NCBI GenBank assembly: GCA_028702045.1
Contig: JAQVPP010000001.1
Coordinates: forward strand, 1 to 44,301
DNA from: Minisyncoccota bacterium
Lineage (GTDB): Bacteria; Patescibacteriota; Minisyncoccia; UBA6257; JAKLIH01
DNA: 44,301 bases
Direction: 5' to 3'
Shown piece after piece: positions 38,878-44,301 of this stretch (position 1 is its first letter; each line of letters begins with the position of its first letter). The translations under genes were made by a program, and so were the position numbers. The notes beneath the pieces are model-generated. The model had not been told where the DNA came from. It searched no databases and saw only the letters and a list, made by a program, of their open reading frames with translations.

Positions 38878-39067
38878 GTAAAAATAAACAGCACAATAAC
38901 CTGTAGGCAACAGACTTTTTAATTTTTTAAATATATTGAAAAAAATATAAGTCTTGTAAGGGTTGTCGTTGATGGGTATATCTGGTTCCGACTGGGTTAC
39001 GCCTCTTCACTTCTCGTGATTCTTTACTCTAAGTAAAGATTTTGCCTGCGGATTATTGTGTTTTTTT
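38878..39067 (+). ncRNA. candidate structured ncRNA E (about 190 nt)
   Basis: - A 19-bp closing helix, CACAATAACCTGTAGGCAA (38892-38910) with TTGCCTGCGGATTATTGTG (39042-39060), has 2 G-U pairs and 1 mismatch.
- Internal hairpins AGACTT/AAGTCT and TCTTTACT/AGTAAAGA.
- A T7 run follows.
- No ORF. Confidence 0.45.
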
Positions 39068-39137
39068 ATTAAAAAAGTTTGAAAATTTTTAAAATAATAT
39101 GTTAAACTTAATATATATTAAGTTTAATTTTTAATGT

Positions 39138-39809
39138 ATGAAAAATAAAAACAAATTAATCAATATTTTATTTATCCTTTTAGTTTTATTTGTTTTAGGT
39201 TTTTTTATTCAAAAGAATTTTTTCCAAAAACCTATTCCAAAGAATCAATTACTTGAATTATCTAAAAAAGGGAATGGAAAAAATGAATTAAAAGTAGTTC
39301 TTGAGTATGGATGTCATTTTGCTAGAGATTATTATTTAGAAACAATATATCCAAATGAAAATAAGCTTTTACAAAATAATATACATATTATTTATGATCT
39401 AATTTCATTAAACTATACAGAACCATCATTTCCTGCAGTTAAGGCAGTCTATTGTGCTAATGAGCAAAATAAGTTTTTTGAATTAAACAACATATTCTTC
39501 AATCAAGCATCCAATGCAGACACAATTAAGGATGTATTCACAGAGGAAAATATTATTAATTTATCCAAGCAAGTAAAAATGAATCAAGATCAATTTCAAG
39601 AATGTTTCTTAAGTGATAAGTATGATGAGTATATATATAATCATAGTAGAGAATATATATCTAACCTAAAAGAAGATGAGAGATTTGGTTTTCCTTCTAC
39701 TTATCTTAATCAAGAAATTTTGACAATTAATCTAAATGCTCAACAATTACCTTTAGGATATACTAGTTTTGATGAATTAAATAATATTATACAAACAAAA
39801 TTAAAATAA
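39138..39809 (+). CDS. membrane-anchored DsbA-like thioredoxin-fold protein with degenerate active site
   Basis: N-terminal TM segment. VVLEYGCHFARDYY sits where DsbA-family proteins carry CxxC; here it is CHFA, with a single Cys. The later YCANEQNKFFELNNIFF resembles the DsbA helical insert. Confidence 0.4.
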   Translation: MKNKNKLINILFILLVLFVLGFFIQKNFFQKPIPKNQLLELSKKGNGKNELKVVLEYGCHFARDYYLETIYPNENKLLQNNIHIIYDLISLNYTEPSFPAVKAVYCANEQNKFFELNNIFFNQASNADTIKDVFTEENIINLSKQVKMNQDQFQECFLSDKYDEYIYNHSREYISNLKEDERFGFPSTYLNQEILTINLNAQQLPLGYTSFDELNNIIQTKLK

Positions 39810-39813
39810 CAAT

Positions 39814-40710
39814 ATGTTTGAAAAAAAATTAATAATAGTTGGAGATGATTTAGCTAAAGACTTGTCCAAAAGTCTAAAAGCAAATTATCTACCAGTAGAG
39901 CACAGGACTTTTCCTGATGGAGAAATTAAGCCTAGGATTTTAAAACTATCCAAAGCTAAAGTCGGAGTTCTTCTTTTAGATATGTATCAAGATGAAGATA
40001 TTAATGCATATATTATCCGTTTCTTAATCTTAGCTAACAGGCTAAAACAAGAGTGTAATAAGCTTATTGGTATTATTCCATACTTACCATATGCCAGACA
40101 GGACAAAGAGTTCAAGCCAGGTGACAGTATATCAGCTAAAATAATTGGAGGATTTATTAGCCAATACTGTGATTATTTCTTAACTATAAACCCTCATGAG
40201 CACAGACTAATTTTATCAGAAATGGTTACTTGTTTGTCTAAGTCTCTTTCTATTTTCCCAGAATGTGCAAAAGAGTTTAGTGATGTAAAAGATCCATTAG
40301 TCATAGGTCCAGATTCAGAAGCAGCTGCTTTTGTTAAGAGTTTTGTTCAAAACATAGAGATGGAGACAGTTGTTTGTGAGAAAAAGAGAGACATCACTCA
40401 TGGTACAGTACAAGTATCTGTACCCAAAGAAGTAAGTCTTAAGGACAGGAACCTTATCATAGTTGATGATGTAGTTTCTACAGGAGGTACTTTATTAAAA
40501 CTAGTCTTGCAGTTAAAAGAACATCAGCCAAAATCAATTAGCTATGTATTTGCTCATGGACTTTTAGTAGGCGATACAGAAGATATGTTGAAAAAAACTA
40601 ATCCACTTAAAATAGTTGCTTCTAATTCTATTAGAAATGAGTTTGGTGTTGTAGATTGTATTCCTATACTAAAACAAGAAATAGAAAATTATTTAAAATT
40701 AATAAAATAA
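39814..40710 (+). CDS. prs: ribose-phosphate pyrophosphokinase
   Basis: FPDGE, the YARQDK-type loop (LPYARQDKEF) and the PRPP-binding motif IIVDDVVSTGGTL. Confidence 0.85.
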   Translation: MFEKKLIIVGDDLAKDLSKSLKANYLPVEHRTFPDGEIKPRILKLSKAKVGVLLLDMYQDEDINAYIIRFLILANRLKQECNKLIGIIPYLPYARQDKEFKPGDSISAKIIGGFISQYCDYFLTINPHEHRLILSEMVTCLSKSLSIFPECAKEFSDVKDPLVIGPDSEAAAFVKSFVQNIEMETVVCEKKRDITHGTVQVSVPKEVSLKDRNLIIVDDVVSTGGTLLKLVLQLKEHQPKSISYVFAHGLLVGDTEDMLKKTNPLKIVASNSIRNEFGVVDCIPILKQEIENYLKLIK

Positions 40711-40711
40711 T

Positions 40712-42202
40712 ATGAATTATTTTCCTTTAAAAACAAAGCATATAGATATAGACACTGATGATGGTTTCAAGGTTGTTGTAAATGACAACACTGCTTTAAA
40801 ATATTCTTTAAAAAATAAAGATACTATTTATTTTTATTTCAATAATCAAGAGGTATATGCTGAAGTATTTACCACAGCCTCACTACTAGGTGATGATGAG
40901 ATAGGTCTATGTCAAGGACTAAGAGAAATATATGATATCCCAGAAAATGAAATTTTAAAAATATATTTTGCAGAAGAGTCTCTAGGTTTAAAAGCTATTC
41001 ACAAAAAACTTTTAGGCAACAGATTAACTTATGAGGATTGTTTAAACATAATGAACGATCTAGTAGTTAACAAGATTAATGATGTAGAGACTGCCTTTTT
41101 CATTGCTCTTGGTTTTCAGAAAAATCCATTTACAATTCAAGAACTCTGTTATCTATCCAAAGCACAAGCCGTAGTAGGTGATTGCTTAAAGTTTAATGGC
41201 ATAGTTGCAGACAAGCACTCTGTAGGAGGTCTCAGTGGTAATAGGACTACACCTATAGTTGTAGCTATTGTTGCTAGTTTTAATATTATTATCCCTAAAA
41301 CATCATCTCGTGCCATTACTTCAGTGGCAGGTACAGCCGATACTTTAGAGACAATAATGGATGTATCTTTTAGCACTAATGAGATATATAAGCTAATTGA
41401 AAAAAACAATGCTTGTATGATCTGGGGAGGGGCCATCAACTTATCTCCAACTGATGATATTTTTATTAAAATAACCAAAGATTTAGGCATAGAACCAACA
41501 TATAAATTAATTACTAGTATCTTATCTAAAAAAATAGCTACAGGCGTTAATAGATTAATTATAGATATCCCAGTTAATAAAACAGCCAAAGTAAAAAGCA
41601 TAAAAGAGGCCCTAAAGGTTAAAAAAATGTTTGAAAAAGTGTCAAAGTTTTTAAAAATTAAAACAAAAGTTATTATCTCTAAATCAACAGGTATAATAGG
41701 TAATGGTGTAGGTCCTGCACTAGAGATTAGAGATGTCTTGCGTGTACTTCAGCAAAAAGAAAATAGATCAATAGATCTAGAAGACAAGGCAGTTAATCTA
41801 GCAGGAAGCTTACTTAACTTATGTGGAATAAAAAATGGAGTTAAGCAGGCTAGAGAAAGTCTAAAAACAGGTAAAGCCTTGCTCAAGTTTAGGGAAATCA
41901 TAGATGCACAAAATGGTGACTATAATATAGATTCTGAAGATATACAATTAGCTAAATATTCATATGAGTTTAAGTTAAATAAAAAGGGCATAGTCCCTGA
42001 GTATAATAATGATGACATAGTAGATTTATGTAAGATGCTAGGTGCTCCACAAAACAAGCGCTCTGGAATATATTTTAATAAAAAAACCAATGAAAATTAT
42101 ACCTATGATGATGTTATCTTTACCATATATTCAGACAATGAGAGTAGGATAAATATAGCTAAAGATATTATTAAAGAAACTTTTGATCCATTATTTAAAT
42201 AG
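40712..42202 (+). CDS. AMP phosphorylase / thymidine phosphorylase family protein (archaeal DeoA-like, with N-terminal extension)
   Basis: 496 aa. DKHSVGGLSGNRTTPIVVAIVAS...PKTSSRAITSVAGTADTLE is typical of the family. The extra N-terminal domain of about 85 aa matches archaeal/CPR AMP phosphorylases. Confidence 0.75.
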   Translation: MNYFPLKTKHIDIDTDDGFKVVVNDNTALKYSLKNKDTIYFYFNNQEVYAEVFTTASLLGDDEIGLCQGLREIYDIPENEILKIYFAEESLGLKAIHKKLLGNRLTYEDCLNIMNDLVVNKINDVETAFFIALGFQKNPFTIQELCYLSKAQAVVGDCLKFNGIVADKHSVGGLSGNRTTPIVVAIVASFNIIIPKTSSRAITSVAGTADTLETIMDVSFSTNEIYKLIEKNNACMIWGGAINLSPTDDIFIKITKDLGIEPTYKLITSILSKKIATGVNRLIIDIPVNKTAKVKSIKEALKVKKMFEKVSKFLKIKTKVIISKSTGIIGNGVGPALEIRDVLRVLQQKENRSIDLEDKAVNLAGSLLNLCGIKNGVKQARESLKTGKALLKFREIIDAQNGDYNIDSEDIQLAKYSYEFKLNKKGIVPEYNNDDIVDLCKMLGAPQNKRSGIYFNKKTNENYTYDDVIFTIYSDNESRINIAKDIIKETFDPLFK

Positions 42203-42204
42203 AG

Positions 42205-42239
42205 AAAAAAACCAAATTAGTTGTCTAATTTGGTTTTTT
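42205..42239 (+). terminator. intrinsic terminator
   Basis: AAACCAAATTAG / CTAATTTGGTTT stem, TTGT loop, T-run. Confidence 0.8.
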
Positions 42240-42422
42240 ATGGTAAACTAATCTTGTATATGTTATACATATACAAAGCTAATTAATCATTTAACCTATT
42301 AATTCAGAAATATTTGTAATTAAGTGGATTGAAATTTTAACTGTGAAATTATTTAAACTTTTAAATTTTAAAAATCTAATGATATTCTGCAAAGAATAGG
42401 TTTTTTAATAATAAAAACTAAC

Positions 42423-43967
42423 ATGATAGACTATATAATTTTTACAATAGCTGGTATTGCAGTTGGTTATTTAATTAAGCATATTTCTGTAAAATCAAAA
42501 AACAATTCTATAGAAACAAAATTAAATTCAACTATACAAGCTAAAAAGGAAGAGGCTAAGAAAATAATCCTAGACTCCAAGGAAGAATCTAAAAAAATAA
42601 TTTTAGAAGCTGAAGAAAAAGCAGCTGATATCTTAAAGGAATTAAGAAAAGAAGAATCAGTTATCAAAGATAAGTTAAATAAAACTGAGGACAGACTTCT
42701 TAAAAAAGAGGAGTTTATAGATCAAAAACAACTAAACATTGATAAAGAAAAAGAAAAACTTAATCAAGATATTGAGAAAGTTCAAAGCATCAAAGAAAGT
42801 ATTGAAAAAATAAAACAAGAAACAGAAGAAAAGTTAAATAAAGTATCAGGTCTTTCTAAAGAAGAGGCTAAGAATCTTTTATTACAAAAAATAGAAGATG
42901 AGTCAAAAGATGATCTTTACCAATATGTTAAAAAATTAGAAACAACCAATAAGGAAGAAATAGAGAAAAAGGTTCAAAATATAATGCAAACAGCAGTACA
43001 GCGTTATGCTCATGAGAATAATTCTGAAAACCTAATCACAACAGTTGCCTTGCCAAATGAAGAAATCAAAGGTAGGATAATTGGTAAGGAGGGAAGAAAT
43101 ATACATCATTTTGAAAAAATCACAGGAGTAGAGTTAATTATAGATGACACTCCAGATGTTATTACTATCTCATCATTTAACCCTGTAAGAAGAGAAGTGG
43201 CTCGTTTGGCTTTAGAAAAATTAATTCAAGATGGTAGGATTCAGCCAGCTAAAATAGAAGAAAAAGTAGCTTGAGCAGAAGAAGAGATCAAGAAATTAAT
43301 TAAAAAAGCAGGCGAAGATGCTATTTATGAAATAGGTATATTAGATTTACCACAAGAATTAACTTTCTTACTTGGTAGATTAAACTACAGAACCAGTTAT
43401 GGCCAAAATGTACTCAGACACTCTTTGGAAGTAGCTAGTTTGGCCTCCATGATTGCTTTAGAGCTAGGGGCTAATGTAGATGTAGCTAAAAAATCAGGAT
43501 TACTTCATGATATAGGTAAATCCATTGATTATGAAACAGAAGGTACTCATGTTGAGCTAGGTAAGAGGATTTTACAAAAATATGGCGTTAAAAAGGAAAT
43601 TATTGATGCCATGGAGTCTCATCATGAAGATGTACCTATTAGTAGCTTAGAAGGGGCTATTATAGCTGCTGCAGACGCTATTTCTGCTTCACGTCCAGGT
43701 GCAAGAAAAGAGTCTTTGGAAAAATACTTAAAAAGACTACATGATCTTGAGGAAATTGCTAATGTATTTAACAAAGTAAAGAAGAGTTATGCTATACAAG
43801 CTGGTAGAGAGATTAGAGTATTTGTTGATGCAGAGAATACAGATGACTACACACCCCTAAAACTAGCTAAAGACATTGCTAAAAAAATAGAAGAAGAACT
43901 AAAATACCCAGGTGAGATTAAGGTCGTAATCATTCGTGAGAAAAGAGCTATAGAATACGCAAGATAA
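42423..43967 (+). CDS. rny: ribonuclease Y
   Basis: - Track ORFs 42423-43274 and 43425-43967 share one frame, joined by a TGA at 43272.
- N-terminal TM segment and coiled coil.
- KH domain [11 protein letters not shown].
- [22 protein letters not shown].
- HD domain LLHDIGK. Confidence 0.92.
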
Positions 43968-44044
43968 AAAAAACGTTGATTTTATTTGACTTTTTTAAAT
44001 TTTCTGTTAGAATCTTAATAATAAATTAATTAAATTTTTGTACT

Positions 44045-44301
44045 ATGAAAAAAGACAATATGGTAGAAATTGTTCAAGACCAATTAAAAGTAACAAAAAA
44101 AGATGCAGAGAATGTTGTTAACACATTAATTGAACAAATGATCTCTACACTTAAGAAAGGTGAAGACATCACAATTTCAGGTTTTGGAACATTCGTAGTA
44201 AAGCATCAAGAAGCTAGAATGGGAGTTAATCCAAAAACAGGTGAAAAAATTAGAATTGCTGCTAAAAAGGCTGTTAAGTTCAGAGCAGCTAAAGGCCTAA
44301 A
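44045..44301 (+). CDS. hup: HU/IHF family DNA-binding protein (3' end outside window)
   Basis: ISGFGTFVVKHQEARMGVNPKTGEKIRIAAKKAVKFRAAKGL is typical of HU. Confidence 0.85.
   Translation, partial: MKKDNMVEIVQDQLKVTKKDAENVVNTLIEQMISTLKKGEDITISGFGTFVVKHQEARMGVNPKTGEKIRIAAKKAVKFRAAKGL

Noticed and set aside
38960-38995. tmRNA 5' end-like string GGGTATATCTGGTTCCGACTGGG within unit E (compare GGGGCUGAUUCUGGAUUCGAC)
   Set aside because: No tRNA-like T-arm or acceptor 3' end, no tag reading frame, and the unit is only about 190 nt. The resemblance is limited to one short segment.
1-44301. Assigning the window to Mollicutes on the basis of UGA=Trp and low GC
   Set aside because: A Mur ligase, PilB/GspE secretion ATPases, an ECF-type sigma factor, an archaeal-type AMP phosphorylase and Cas12a do not fit a Mollicute gene repertoire. 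Taxonomy remains open without marker-gene phylogeny.

Overview
AT-rich bacterial chromosomal window with small-genome, CPR/Patescibacteria-like gene content. TGA is a sense codon here. About 20 genes that the six-frame track shows as fragments rejoin in a single frame when TGA is read through, and every merged gene ends in TAA or TAG. Where I can recall homologues, the TGA positions fall mostly on Trp or aromatic columns, not Gly.

The centrepiece is a complete type V-A CRISPR-Cas locus in an unusual order: cas4-cas1-cas2, leader, a 75-repeat/74-spacer array (7952-12701), a small promoter-plus-hairpin unit, then cas12a (12973-16857, 1294 codons, 10 in-frame TGA).

Other defence content:
- An AbiEi/AbiEii pair sits in a small island (36.4-39.1 kb) packed with promoter cassettes and short GC-rich structured transcription units.
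- An RloB-like gene is cut by the left edge of the window.

Housekeeping genes: tsaE, glyQS, perM-like, smpB, ychF, tatD, rplS, a short uvrC, a Mur ligase, an M16 peptidase, an ECF-type sigma factor, prs, an archaeal-type AMP phosphorylase, rny, hup and 3 tRNAs.

Oddities worth follow-up:
- A free-standing LeuRS CP1 (editing-domain) homologue with a Nudix domain inserted.
- A tandem PilB/GspE double ATPase interrupted by a -1 frame change.
- A tRNA-Leu with an AAG (A34) anticodon.
- A roughly 70-nt promoter cassette shared by the cas4-cas1-cas2 operon and two orphan units.
- Several consensus-promoter-driven, GC-rich hairpin units that look like unannotated sRNAs or attenuators.

All homology statements come from reading the translations and from recalled family motifs. 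No searches were run.
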